A stretch of DNA of 64,000 nt from Acidobacteriota bacterium (GTDB lineage: Bacteria > Acidobacteriota > UBA6911 > RPQK01 > JAJDTT01), in NCBI GenBank assembly GCA_965209055.1, contig OZ242374.1:5760001-5824000 (forward strand). The letters are read 5' to 3'. Position 1 is the stretch's first letter. Each line of letters opens with the position of its first letter. The notes below the pieces were generated by a model. It worked only from the letters and a program-made list of their open reading frames with translations, was not told the origin of the DNA and did no database searches. The position numbers and the translations under genes are program-made. Positions 19,533 through 29,065 of the stretch are shown here, piece by piece.

Positions 19533-20099
19533 ATGGGACACAAGCTGGTCTGGACGTTACTGACCCTCCTGGCTCTGGCCGCCGCCGAGGCCGGGGCGCA
19601 AAAGAGATTCGAACCCCCGATGCGCCTGGGGGTCCCGTTTCCCGCGGCGTGGAAGGCCATGCTGGAAGTCCTGCAGCGCGAGGAATGGGAGCTGGTCAAG
19701 AAGGACAGGGGCAGGGGCGAGATCGTGACCGGATACCGGAATTACATGTCGGGTCCCTTGACGGCCGGCCATCTCGACAAGATCGGAGTCCGTCCCCGGC
19801 TGCCTGACGGGGAGTGGGTTCGGGTCCGCTACCGTTACGATCTGTCGGTGAGCCTGATCCGGGAGCGCCAGACCATGGTCACCGTCGACAGTGACATCCA
19901 GGCACTCAAACGTGATTTTCTGGGCCGTGAGGAGTGGGTGGAAATCGATTCCACCGGCCGGGTGGAGAAGCAGTTGCTGACCGCATTCGGACAAACCCTG
20001 TACGGCGCCGACTTTTCCCTGGACAAGCGCCGCAAGGGTATTCTGGGGCTGCCTCCCATCGGGGAGGGCCGCGCGCCGGCGAAGCCGCCCGGAAATTAA
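19533..20099 (+). CDS. Hypothetical exported protein
   Basis: Signal peptide MGHKLVWTLLTLLALAAAEAGA; typical codon usage. Confidence 0.65.
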   Translation: MGHKLVWTLLTLLALAAAEAGAQKRFEPPMRLGVPFPAAWKAMLEVLQREEWELVKKDRGRGEIVTGYRNYMSGPLTAGHLDKIGVRPRLPDGEWVRVRYRYDLSVSLIRERQTMVTVDSDIQALKRDFLGREEWVEIDSTGRVEKQLLTAFGQTLYGADFSLDKRRKGILGLPPIGEGRAPAKPPGN

Positions 20100-20241
20100 A
20101 GGGAAGTAAAACCAGAGACGCCGGCGCGATCATGGCGGCGGCGCGTGTTCGCCGGGAGCAGGTTTTCGCGGACGACACCTTGGTTCGCGATTCCGCACCG
20201 GTCCAAGGCGTCAAGACTTTTTCCACGACTGCTGAAATCCG

Positions 20242-20910
20242 ATGGATCATCCCGTCCTGCGAATCATGGACTTTCCCCTTCAGGTCGCTCTCTGGGTCTT
20301 CCTCGTCTCCTTCCTGATATTCCTGCTGGTGGTCCGATATCGCATCCGCGCCCGAAAATTCAGCCTCAAGGACTATTTCCGTGAGGAGTTCGATCGATAC
20401 TACCGGGAGAAACTCGAAGAGACCTCCGGCAAGCCGGGCCCGACCGAACCCTGGACCGCCACCCGGAACGAGTTCCGCATCGTCTTCCAGGTCATGCTGT
20501 TTTCCATCCTGCTGGCCGTCGGCTCCTTCGTGGGTGCGAGCTTCGTGCCCATCCCCTACCTCAAGAACTGGACCGGGGTCGAGTCCATCGAAACGGCGCC
20601 TCTGAGACTGGTCGCCCTCTCCTATGATCGGTTCTTTACGGGATTCTCCCTCAAGGGGGAGATCTGGAATCAGGGACAGCTTCCTCTCAAAGGAATCTCG
20701 GCGCGCGTCCGGATCTGGGGACAGGATGACGAGCTGCTGGAAGAAATCATGGCAAAGGTGAAGCCGGACGTGTTGGGTCCCGAGTCTTCGGGCAGTTTCG
20801 ACATGAAATTCTCGCAGAAGTCCCCTTCCCAGCTCTACGGGTACGAGGTGGCCTTCGTCGATCCCGACGGTGTCGAGACGCCGCACATCCGGGGATTCGA
20901 TGCCCCCTAG
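20242..20910 (+). CDS. Membrane protein with two TM helices and a C-terminal FxLYD-like domain
   Basis: Two hydrophobic segments; LKGEIWN...VRIWGQDD...LGPESSGSF. Confidence 0.6.
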   Translation: MDHPVLRIMDFPLQVALWVFLVSFLIFLLVVRYRIRARKFSLKDYFREEFDRYYREKLEETSGKPGPTEPWTATRNEFRIVFQVMLFSILLAVGSFVGASFVPIPYLKNWTGVESIETAPLRLVALSYDRFFTGFSLKGEIWNQGQLPLKGISARVRIWGQDDELLEEIMAKVKPDVLGPESSGSFDMKFSQKSPSQLYGYEVAFVDPDGVETPHIRGFDAP

Positions 20911-21151
20911 TCCGCATTTCTCACCAGGGGGCGTGACGATCGCGCAGGATTTTCGCCCTCAGCGCGTGCTCGCGACCGAGAGCATAGTGGTGACTACGTT
21001 TGAGGGAGCATGTGCGCGCTGAGGGAGAAAAGACCAGCGAGCGCGCGCCCAGCGCAGTCTGTCGTAGAGGAACTTTGGGAAAATTCGCGCAAATGTTCAA
21101 AAGTAGGTTCTTTTTCTTCACGTCGTAGCGGCCTGGTGAGAAATGCGGGCT
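20909..21151. mobile_element. MITE / palindromic repeat element with 17-bp perfect terminal inverted repeats
   Basis: CCGCATTTCTCACCAGG (20912-20928) and CCTGGTGAGAAATGCGG (21132-21148); internal stem 20950-20966 / 21015-21031 (16 of 17 paired). Confidence 0.75.
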
Positions 21152-22906
21152 GAGCCAGCCGGAGCCGGTCGAGCGTGGGCCCTGGCCACCTTGATCCCCT
21201 ACCTGAGGCAATACCGCGCCCGCATCGCGACCGGTGTCGTGATGGTCCTCATGACCAATGTGGCGGTGGTCGTCACGCCCCAGGTCCTGGGATGGGCGGT
21301 CGATGATCTCACCGAGGGAGCCGACGCCGGCCTCCTGCTCCGCTACGCCGGACTGCTGCTGGCCTTGAGCTGTGCCGAGGGCCTTTTCCGATACCTGATG
21401 AGGTGGATTCTCATCGGCGTCTCCCGACGGATCGAATTCGACCTGCGCAACGACCTCTTCCGGCACCTGCAGCGGCTGACCCCCTCCTTCTACCAGCGGC
21501 ATTCCACGGGAGACGTGATGGCGCGGTCCACCAACGACCTGGGCGCCGTTCGAATGGTGCTGGGACCGGGCATCATGTACTCGGTCAACACCCTGTTCAT
21601 GGTCCTGCTGACCGTCACCATACTGATTCGAACCGACGCCGGCCTGGCCCTTCTCACCCTGGCCCCCCTCCTGCTGGTCTCCTACTGCGTCAAGTTCTTC
21701 GGGCGCAAGATCCACCAGAGATTCGAAAAGATCCAGGAACAGTTCTCGATGCTGACGACCCTGGTTCAGGAGAACGTCTCGGGAATCCGGGTCGTCAAGG
21801 CCTACAACCAGGAGTCCGCCTTCGTCAACCGGTTTCGAGACGCCAACCGGGAATACATGAAGCGGAGCATGGCCCTGGTCAAAGTCTGGGGGGTCTTCTA
21901 TCCCCTACTCGCATTCCTGTTGGGCCTTTCGGCCGTCTTTCTCCTCTGGTACGGAGGACGGCAGGTCATGGACGGAGCGCTGTCTCTCGGCGCCCTGGTC
22001 TCATTCATCTTCTATCTGGCCCGTCTGACCTGGCCCACCATCGCCCTGGGATGGGTCATCAACACCTTCGAGCGGGGGTCGGCGTCCATGGGCAGGATCA
22101 ACCGGATCCTGGCGACCCAACCGGACGTGCTGGACGATGGCGGCCTTCCGGCCGAGGCCGTCGAAGGCCGGGTGGAAGTCAAAAACCTCACCTTTTCCTA
22201 CAACGGGACACCGGTTTTGAAAAACCTGGAATTCGAGCTTCCCGCGGGCGACACACTCGCCATCGTGGGCAGCACCGGAAGCGGAAAATCCACCTTGGTG
22301 CATCTGCTCTGCCGCCTTTACCCGGTGCCCAGGGGACGGATCCTCATCGACGGCAGGGATGTCAACGACATTTCCCTGACCCACCTGCGCAGGAGCATCG
22401 GCTGCGTTCCCCAGGACACGTTCCTCTTTTCCGAATCGATCCGGGACAACCTGGCGTTCGGAGCACCGGACGCCTCCGACCAAGCCATCCGGGAGGCTGC
22501 GCACACCAGCAACATCCTGGGAGAGATTCAACGCTTCCCCGACCGGATGGCCACTTTCGTGGGTGAGAGAGGCCTGACCCTCTCCGGTGGACAGAAACAA
22601 CGGATGACCATTGCGAGAGCGCTCCTGACGGACCCCAGGATCCTGGTTCTGGACGACTCGCTCTCCAGCGTCGACACCTACACGGAGGAGGAGATCCTGA
22701 AGCGGCTCGCTCCCGTCATCGCCGGAAGAACCACCATCCTCATCTCCCACCGCATCTCGACGGTCAAGGGGGCGGACCAGATCCTGGTGTTGGAACGGGG
22801 ACGAATCGTGCAGAAAGGAAGGCACCGCGAGTTGCTCCGGACCGCGGGTCCCTACGCCGAAATGCACCGAAAGCAGTTGCTGGAGCAGGAGCTGGGAATC
22901 GCATGA
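21143..22906 (+). CDS. ABC exporter, fused permease/ATPase (MdlA-like, heterodimer subunit 1)
   Basis: TMD plus GSTGSGKS, LSGGQKQR, ILVLDD, ISHR (degenerate Walker B). Confidence 0.92.
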   Translation: MRAEPAGAGRAWALATLIPYLRQYRARIATGVVMVLMTNVAVVVTPQVLGWAVDDLTEGADAGLLLRYAGLLLALSCAEGLFRYLMRWILIGVSRRIEFDLRNDLFRHLQRLTPSFYQRHSTGDVMARSTNDLGAVRMVLGPGIMYSVNTLFMVLLTVTILIRTDAGLALLTLAPLLLVSYCVKFFGRKIHQRFEKIQEQFSMLTTLVQENVSGIRVVKAYNQESAFVNRFRDANREYMKRSMALVKVWGVFYPLLAFLLGLSAVFLLWYGGRQVMDGALSLGALVSFIFYLARLTWPTIALGWVINTFERGSASMGRINRILATQPDVLDDGGLPAEAVEGRVEVKNLTFSYNGTPVLKNLEFELPAGDTLAIVGSTGSGKSTLVHLLCRLYPVPRGRILIDGRDVNDISLTHLRRSIGCVPQDTFLFSESIRDNLAFGAPDASDQAIREAAHTSNILGEIQRFPDRMATFVGERGLTLSGGQKQRMTIARALLTDPRILVLDDSLSSVDTYTEEEILKRLAPVIAGRTTILISHRISTVKGADQILVLERGRIVQKGRHRELLRTAGPYAEMHRKQLLEQELGIA

Positions 22907-24696
22907 TCGAGTACGACCAGGACGAGATCCTGGGCCGGGTCTACGACGGGCGATTGGCGCGGCGGATGCTGGGATATCTTCATCCCTACCGCTGGGTCGT
23001 GGGCGCGTCGGTCGCGCTGCTCCTGCTGGTGTCGGCCCTGCAACTGGCGGGTCCGCTCCTGACCCTGATCGCCATCGACGACCACATCCGCGTCGGCGAC
23101 CGGACCGGGCTCACCTATCTGGCGCTGCTCTACCTGGGCCTCCTGATTCTGCAATTCGGCTTCACTTTCGCACAGACCTGGCTGATGAACTGGACCGGGC
23201 AGCGGGTCATGCACGATCTGAGGGTCCAGATCTTCCGTCACGTCCAGACGTTGCACGTCGGCTATTTCGACAGGAATCCGGTGGGTCGCCTGATCACCCG
23301 CGTGACCAACGACGTGGACGTGCTCAACGAGCTCTTCACGGCGGGCGTGGTGAGCATCTTCGGGGATATCTTCCTGCTGGGCGGCATCGTGACGGTCATG
23401 CTCTGGCGGGATTGGCAATTGGCCCTGGTCACCTTCTCCGTCCTGCCTCTCATCTTCGTGGCCACCATGATCTTCAAGATCAAGGTTCGAGGATCCTATC
23501 GATGGGTCCGGGCCTGCGTGGTCAAGATCAACGCCTTCCTTCAGGAGAACATCACCGGCATGCCGGTGGTGCAGGTCTTCGTCCAGGAAGACCGCAAGTT
23601 CGGCCAGTTCCGGGAACGGAACCGGGAGCACCTGCAGGCCAATATTCAATCCATCTTCTACTACGCCATCTTCTATCCGGTGATCAACCTGGTGGGCGCG
23701 CTGGCCATCGCCCTGATCCTCTGGTACGGAGGCGGCCGCGTGCTGGACGGAGTCCTGACCCTGGGCACGCTCGTGGCCTTCCTTCAGTATTCGGAGCGCT
23801 TCTTCAAGCCCATCAGCGACCTGAGCGAAAAGTTCAACATCCTGCAGAGCGCCATGGCCAGCTCGGAGCGGATCTTCAAGCTCCTGGACACGCGGGCCCA
23901 GGTTCGGCCTCCGTCGAAACCCACACCGCTGCCGCCGGGCGGCGGGGCCATCGAGTTCCGCAACGTGACGTTCGCCTACAAGGAAGATACGCCGGTCCTG
24001 CGAAACCTGAGCCTGAGGATTGCCCCTGGCGAACGAGTGGCCATCGTGGGACCCACCGGTGCGGGAAAGACCACTCTCATCAACCTGATCTGCAGGTTTT
24101 ACGACGTCCGGAACGGGGGCATTCTCATCGACGGAATCCCCATCGCCCACCTGGACCCGGGGGAACTGAGGCGCAGGATGGCGGTCGTGCTCCAGGATGT
24201 CTTTCTCTTCAGCGGCACCATCGAAGAGAACGTCCGGCTCTGGAGGGCTCCCATCGACCGGCCCCAAGTGACGGAGGCGGTGCGCCACGTCAATGCCCTG
24301 GACTTCATCCGGGAGAAACCGCGGGGACTCGACTCGCCGGTGACCGAAAGGGGCGCGTCGTTGTCCGTGGGACAGAGGCAGCTGTTGGCCTTCGCCCGGG
24401 CCCTGGCTCACGACCCCAGAATCCTGATCCTGGACGAGGCCACCTCGTCGGTCGACACGGAGACCGAGATTCTCATCCAGGACGCGTTGAACACGCTCAT
24501 GGAGGGACGAACCTCCATCGTCATCGCCCACCGCCTCTCCACCATCCAGAACTGCGACCGCATCGTCGTTCTCCGCCAGGGCAGAATCGAGGAAGAAGGC
24601 ACCCATCAGGAACTGCTCAAGCTGCGGGGGCTCTATTACAAGTTGTACCAGCTCCAGTACCAGGATGAGGCAATAGGCGTCGGCAGTGAGGCGTGA
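22903..24696 (+). CDS. ABC exporter, fused permease/ATPase (MdlB-like, heterodimer subunit 2)
   Basis: GPTGAGKT, LSVGQRQL, ILILDEATS, IAHR; ATGA overlap. Confidence 0.92.
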   Translation: MIEYDQDEILGRVYDGRLARRMLGYLHPYRWVVGASVALLLLVSALQLAGPLLTLIAIDDHIRVGDRTGLTYLALLYLGLLILQFGFTFAQTWLMNWTGQRVMHDLRVQIFRHVQTLHVGYFDRNPVGRLITRVTNDVDVLNELFTAGVVSIFGDIFLLGGIVTVMLWRDWQLALVTFSVLPLIFVATMIFKIKVRGSYRWVRACVVKINAFLQENITGMPVVQVFVQEDRKFGQFRERNREHLQANIQSIFYYAIFYPVINLVGALAIALILWYGGGRVLDGVLTLGTLVAFLQYSERFFKPISDLSEKFNILQSAMASSERIFKLLDTRAQVRPPSKPTPLPPGGGAIEFRNVTFAYKEDTPVLRNLSLRIAPGERVAIVGPTGAGKTTLINLICRFYDVRNGGILIDGIPIAHLDPGELRRRMAVVLQDVFLFSGTIEENVRLWRAPIDRPQVTEAVRHVNALDFIREKPRGLDSPVTERGASLSVGQRQLLAFARALAHDPRILILDEATSSVDTETEILIQDALNTLMEGRTSIVIAHRLSTIQNCDRIVVLRQGRIEEEGTHQELLKLRGLYYKLYQLQYQDEAIGVGSEA

Positions 24697-24713
24697 GAGA
24701 AGATCGAGGGGTA

Positions 24714-26153
24714 CTAGCTGGCGCCGCGGCCCCAGACGACGGCCGGGATGGTCTTGAGCAGAATCCAGAGATCGAGCTTCAAGGACCACTGGTCGATGTA
24801 TTGGAGATCCAGCTTCATCCATTTCTGGAAATTCAGTTCGTTGCGGCCGGAGATCTGCCAGAGGCAGGTGATGCCCGGCTTGACGCTCAGCCGCCGCCGC
24901 TGACTCCGGGAATAGTGGCGGACCTCCTCGGGCAACGGCGCCCGGGGGCCGACCAGGCTCATCTCGCCTCTCACCACATTGGCCAGTTGCGGCAGTTCGT
25001 CGATGCTGTACCTGCGCAGAATGCGCCCCACGGGAGTCACCCGGGGATCTTTGCGCATCTTGAACACCGGGCCGTCCATCTCATTGAGATGCCGGATCTC
25101 CCGGAGCTGGTCTTCGGCTCCCTCCACCATGGTGCGAAATTTGACCAGGCTGAACTCCCGGCCGTAGAGACCGCGCCTGACCTGGCGGTAGAAAACCGAT
25201 CCGGATGAGGTGAACTTGATCAGCGCCATGGTCAGGAGCATGAATGGAGCCGCCAGCGCCAACAGAGCCGAGGCCAGCACGCAATCCATGACCCTCTTGA
25301 CCACCAGGGCCACGCTCTGATCCGGGGCCGTAGAGAAGGTGATGAGGGGAAGCTCCTCCAGATAATCGAGCGATAGTCTGGAAATGGAGGTGGGGAAAAA
25401 GTCCGCGGCGATCCGGGTCCGGATTCCGAGCTCCTCGCAGAATCCAAGCACCTCCTGAAACTGCCGGGTGTCCTCCGGCTGTGCGCCCACGAATATGATC
25501 TCGTCCACCACCAGACGGTCCATGAGCAGGCCGGGAAGATCCTCCAGCGAGCCCAGGATCCGGATTCCGGAAACCTCTTTCCATGGTTCATCAGGGGCCA
25601 GGTGTCCGACGACACGGTAGCCCCACTTTCGGAACCGGCCCAGCACCTGGCTGACAGACTTGGCCCGGGAGTCGATTCCCACGATCAGGATCCTGACCTG
25701 ATGGTGCTCGTTGACGTTCCGGGTCCTCAAGATCCAATGCAGCACAATGCGGTTCAAACCCAGGAAAAGACCCGAGAGTCCGATGAAGACGAAAAAGACG
25801 GGCCGGCTGACATCCACGTTGAAGACGAAGACGAAGAAGCCCACGGCGAGACCCGCGGCGCAGACGAAGCGGCCGATGCGGAACAGGTGCTGGGAGGCGG
25901 AGACCTGGTAGAAACGGGAGTACCGTTGGGTGATCCTGAGGATGGGAATCCAAATCGGCAATACGGCCAGCAGATAGAGCAGATAGTGGGAATAGGGCAG
26001 CAGTTTCGGATGGAATGCGGGCGCGATGGAGGCCGGCGCCCATTCCACAAGAATGGACCGGGAGAAATAGGCCAGGGTCAAGGCCAGAAAGGCCACGGCG
26101 ATGTCCGCTGCCTGAAGCAGGTTGCCGTAGACTTGAGACTGGCGATCGAACAT
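24714..26153 (-). CDS. Polyprenyl-phosphate glycosylphosphotransferase (WcaJ/WbaP family sugar transferase)
   Basis: N-terminal TMs, CoA-binding-like domain, KRVMD, KFRTM, DPRVT, SIDELPQ, GEMSLVGPR, VKPGIT. Confidence 0.92.
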   Translation of the reverse strand: MFDRQSQVYGNLLQAADIAVAFLALTLAYFSRSILVEWAPASIAPAFHPKLLPYSHYLLYLLAVLPIWIPILRITQRYSRFYQVSASQHLFRIGRFVCAAGLAVGFFVFVFNVDVSRPVFFVFIGLSGLFLGLNRIVLHWILRTRNVNEHHQVRILIVGIDSRAKSVSQVLGRFRKWGYRVVGHLAPDEPWKEVSGIRILGSLEDLPGLLMDRLVVDEIIFVGAQPEDTRQFQEVLGFCEELGIRTRIAADFFPTSISRLSLDYLEELPLITFSTAPDQSVALVVKRVMDCVLASALLALAAPFMLLTMALIKFTSSGSVFYRQVRRGLYGREFSLVKFRTMVEGAEDQLREIRHLNEMDGPVFKMRKDPRVTPVGRILRRYSIDELPQLANVVRGEMSLVGPRAPLPEEVRHYSRSQRRRLSVKPGITCLWQISGRNELNFQKWMKLDLQYIDQWSLKLDLWILLKTIPAVVWGRGAS

Positions 26154-26212
26154 CTCGGTGTCGTCCCCGCACCGGCCGGCCGGACCTGACCGGGAGTCGG
26201 CGGTCGTTCAAT

Positions 26213-26923
26213 TCAGCAATCGGCCAAGTCCCCGATCCGGGGAGGCCGGGCCATGAGGAAACCCTCCGCCAGGGAGCATCCTACTAGAGTCCCCACGTGC
26301 ATGTGGAAACTCCGGATCCGTTCCAGGAACGTGGGATCGCTGAGATAGGTGGCGGGCTCGCGCGAATCCGGACGATGCAACTGGGACGCGAAGGCCTTCA
26401 AAGCGTGCTCCTTCTGCTCGTAGTGGTCCGATATGTCCACGCCGACGTGGGGCACGACCGGTTCATCGAAATGGGTCCAGTAGGCGATCCGCCGCGGACG
26501 GAATCGCTGTTGCGACGTGTCGATGGCCGCCAGGCCGGCGTGATGAACCGCCTCCTCGACCAGGATGGAAGCCTTGCCATGGTCCGGGTGGCCCCATTTG
26601 GAGTGTGTCAGGACCAGTTTGGGCCGGCACTTCCGGATCACTCGAATCAACGCCAACCGGCTCTCTTCATCGGGACTCAGGTTCCCGTCCCTCAGGCCCA
26701 GGTTCAGCCGGAAGTCCAGACCCAGGAGAGCAGCCGCGCGGCGGGATTCCAGGGCCCGGGTCTCCATGGTGCCGCGGGTTCCCAGTTCGCCGCGCGTCAG
26801 ATCCACGACGCCCGTGCGGCGGCCCAGCGACTTCAGGCGAAGCAGAGTCCCGCCGCAACCCAACTCGACGTCGTCGGGATGCGCCCCCACGGCGAGAACG
26901 TCGACTGGCCTGGGTTCAAACAT
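26213..26923 (-). CDS. bshB1: Bacillithiol biosynthesis deacetylase
   Basis: GAHPDDVELGCGG, DLTRGELGTRG, HPDH; adjacent to bshC. Confidence 0.9.
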   Translation of the reverse strand: MFEPRPVDVLAVGAHPDDVELGCGGTLLRLKSLGRRTGVVDLTRGELGTRGTMETRALESRRAAALLGLDFRLNLGLRDGNLSPDEESRLALIRVIRKCRPKLVLTHSKWGHPDHGKASILVEEAVHHAGLAAIDTSQQRFRPRRIAYWTHFDEPVVPHVGVDISDHYEQKEHALKAFASQLHRPDSREPATYLSDPTFLERIRSFHMHVGTLVGCSLAEGFLMARPPRIGDLADC

Positions 26924-28556
26924 GGATCACCTGGTGGTCCATGCAGAAAGGATCGATCGTTTCCAACAGGCCGTCGATGAACCCGGGCCCCTCCTCCATC
27001 AGGAATTGGTTGAAGTTGACGACCCGTTCCTGCAGCTTTCCCTGAGGATGAAGACGGGTCTGGAGATGGTCCAGATGGCGGCCGGCGACGCCGTCGCGGG
27101 TCCGGTAGTTTTCCAGGAATCGCTTCTCCACCCTTTCCATCTGATAGAAGACTCGTTTCCAAGCCCGGGGGACCATCTTGCCGAGACTCGGGTCCACGCG
27201 GACAATGTCCCCCTGCAGCCGGGTCAGGCTCTCCCGAACCACGTCGGCAACCCGGTCGAACTCGTCCAGGACCTGCTTTGATGCTCCGGTCCTGGCGACG
27301 CGTTGGGTGATGCGGGAGGCACCCAGGGAGAGCAGCTCGACCAGATCCAGCGAGTGCTTCTTCAGCAGCCGCTGGGACTTCCGGTCCACTACCGTGACCC
27401 CGGCCCTGGGAAACACGCAGCATTGAATCTTCCAGTAGGGACTGATGGCGCCGACCTGGCTGAAGTAGGCGACCTCCGCCGGCCCTCCTACGTAGGCCAC
27501 GGTAGGGAACAGATGATCCTGAATGATGGGCCGCAACAACACGTTGGGACCGAACTCTCCGGTTCCGGTTCGTATCCGGTCCAGCAGTTCCTCCGCCGGC
27601 AGCCGGAGAGTGCGGCTTCCGCGACTCCAATAGGCTCCCGACCGGTAGTCCAACTTGTAACGCCGTCTCTCCTCGAGCCAGAAGAGGAGTGATTCGGAGC
27701 CCTCCACAGGCACCTGCGCCCGGTGACCTTCCGCCTCCAGCTCCCGGCCGCGGGCCTGCAGGGAGCGGATCAGACACTTCCGCTCCACGACCGCCGTCTC
27801 GAAGACCGGTCTCAACGCATCCTTGTATCCGGAGTGGAGCGCGTCGAAGAGAATGAGTCCCTGGTTTCGAAAGAGGCGGCCGAGCCACCGGCCCTGGGCA
27901 TCGGTAAAGAACGTACCGGGCGCGTAGGCCGATTCGAGGGTCCGGAGGACCTCTTCCCGATATTCGGAAACGGGAGCGCCGTCCTGGAGCCTCTTCAGGG
28001 GATCACCGGTCGCTTCCAACGAAACCGTGCCCACCATGGTCGCCGAAGGGGGGGAGGGACCGGAATACCCCAGCCGAAGCAGCGATCCTTGCGGATCGAA
28101 AAAGGCCGTGGAACGGGACTCCAGAAAATCGGAGTCGTCGGAAGGAAGCCAGAAGACGGGAACCGCCGCGTACCCTCCCGCCTCCAGGATCCGGGCCAGG
28201 CTCACGGCGGTCAGCGCCTTGTAGACGGAGAGGGCCGGTCCGCCGAACAGGCCCAGTTGTTGGCCCGTGACTACGGCCACGGTCCCGGGATCCCGCAGCT
28301 TCTCGATGTTCTCGCGGGTAGAGGAGCCCGAGCCCACCCGGGCATTGAAATCGAGGAGCATCCGGACGAGGGCCTCACGGGGCAACCGGGAGTCCCGTTT
28401 TCGCGCGGCCTCGGCTCTCTCACCCAGAGCCTCCGGACCCGTGTGCGCCGTTCCGGCCGGATAGAGGGGCGCGACCTGGTCGAAATCGTACAGATACTGG
28501 AGAAATAGCCGACTCTGCCCCGGCAACCGGCGGCGGTCGAGACGATCGAGTCTCAT
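26916..28556 (-). CDS. bshC: Bacillithiol cysteine-adding enzyme
   Basis: VVTGQQLGLFGGP...YKAL, VPVFW, PNVLLRP, YVGGPAEVAY, LQERV. Confidence 0.93.
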   Translation of the reverse strand: MRLDRLDRRRLPGQSRLFLQYLYDFDQVAPLYPAGTAHTGPEALGERAEAARKRDSRLPREALVRMLLDFNARVGSGSSTRENIEKLRDPGTVAVVTGQQLGLFGGPALSVYKALTAVSLARILEAGGYAAVPVFWLPSDDSDFLESRSTAFFDPQGSLLRLGYSGPSPPSATMVGTVSLEATGDPLKRLQDGAPVSEYREEVLRTLESAYAPGTFFTDAQGRWLGRLFRNQGLILFDALHSGYKDALRPVFETAVVERKCLIRSLQARGRELEAEGHRAQVPVEGSESLLFWLEERRRYKLDYRSGAYWSRGSRTLRLPAEELLDRIRTGTGEFGPNVLLRPIIQDHLFPTVAYVGGPAEVAYFSQVGAISPYWKIQCCVFPRAGVTVVDRKSQRLLKKHSLDLVELLSLGASRITQRVARTGASKQVLDEFDRVADVVRESLTRLQGDIVRVDPSLGKMVPRAWKRVFYQMERVEKRFLENYRTRDGVAGRHLDHLQTRLHPQGKLQERVVNFNQFLMEEGPGFIDGLLETIDPFCMDHQVIHV

Positions 28557-28571
28557 GCGGCCGCCAGTTTA

Positions 28572-28602
28572 ACAGCCCGTGGCAAGAGTCATCACCGACT
28601 GT
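28572..28602. repeat. Dispersed repeat, copy 1 (ACAGCCCGTGGCAAGAGTCAT...)
   Basis: 21 bp identical to 40567-40587; 28 of 31 identical when extended. Confidence 0.8.
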
Positions 28603-28609
28603 CAAACCG

Positions 28610-28651
28610 AAAGTCCCGCGCGGCACCGGGACCGATGCCGCGCGGGACTTT
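28610..28651 (-). terminator. Probable intrinsic terminator downstream of comEA
   Basis: 16-bp perfect stem AAAGTCCCGCGCGGCA / TGCCGCGCGGGACTTT with T-rich ends on both strands. Confidence 0.75.
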
Positions 28652-28725
28652 TATCAGGGACCGCCGGGTTCAGCGTCCTCGGAACCCCGCGCCTTGAGAA
28701 GACCGGAACGTTGCGGCACAGACCG

Positions 28726-29034
28726 CTACGGGCGCTTCGCCTGTTCCTTGGATGGAGTGGGGGTGGCCTTGACCATGATCCGGTCCCTGAGCCTCAGAAA
28801 AGTTTTCTCACCGATGCCCCGGACGTTCATCAGGTCTTCAATCCGCTTGAAGGCTCCGTTTTTCTCCCGGAACGCCACGATTCGCCTGGCGATTGCCGGT
28901 CCGACGCCGGGGAGAGCGTCCAACTCTTCCACCGTCGCCTGATTCAGATCCAGTTTGTCCGCAGCCGCCACATCCGGGCACCAGAGCCAGGGCATGGCCA
29001 TCAGCAAGGTCGAGAACAACAGAATCTTTCGCAT
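28726..29034 (-). CDS. comEA: ComEA-like helix-hairpin-helix DNA-binding protein
   Basis: AAGGAGG RBS, signal peptide, LDLNQATVEELDALPGVGP...IVAFREKNGAF...EDLMNVRGIG. Confidence 0.92.
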   Translation of the reverse strand: MRKILLFSTLLMAMPWLWCPDVAAADKLDLNQATVEELDALPGVGPAIARRIVAFREKNGAFKRIEDLMNVRGIGEKTFLRLRDRIMVKATPTPSKEQAKRP

Positions 29035-29057
29035 GTGCACCTCCTTATGGGTTGTTA

Positions 29058-29065
29058 TTTCGTTT
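29058..29065. repeat. 8-bp target-site duplication TTTCGTTT (left copy)
   Basis: Exact direct repeat of 30316-30323, immediately abutting the inverted repeat. Confidence 0.85.

Noticed and set aside
26213-28556. Bacillithiol genes outside Firmicutes as a novelty
   Set aside because: bsh genes are already known in several other phyla; bshA is probably elsewhere in the genome.
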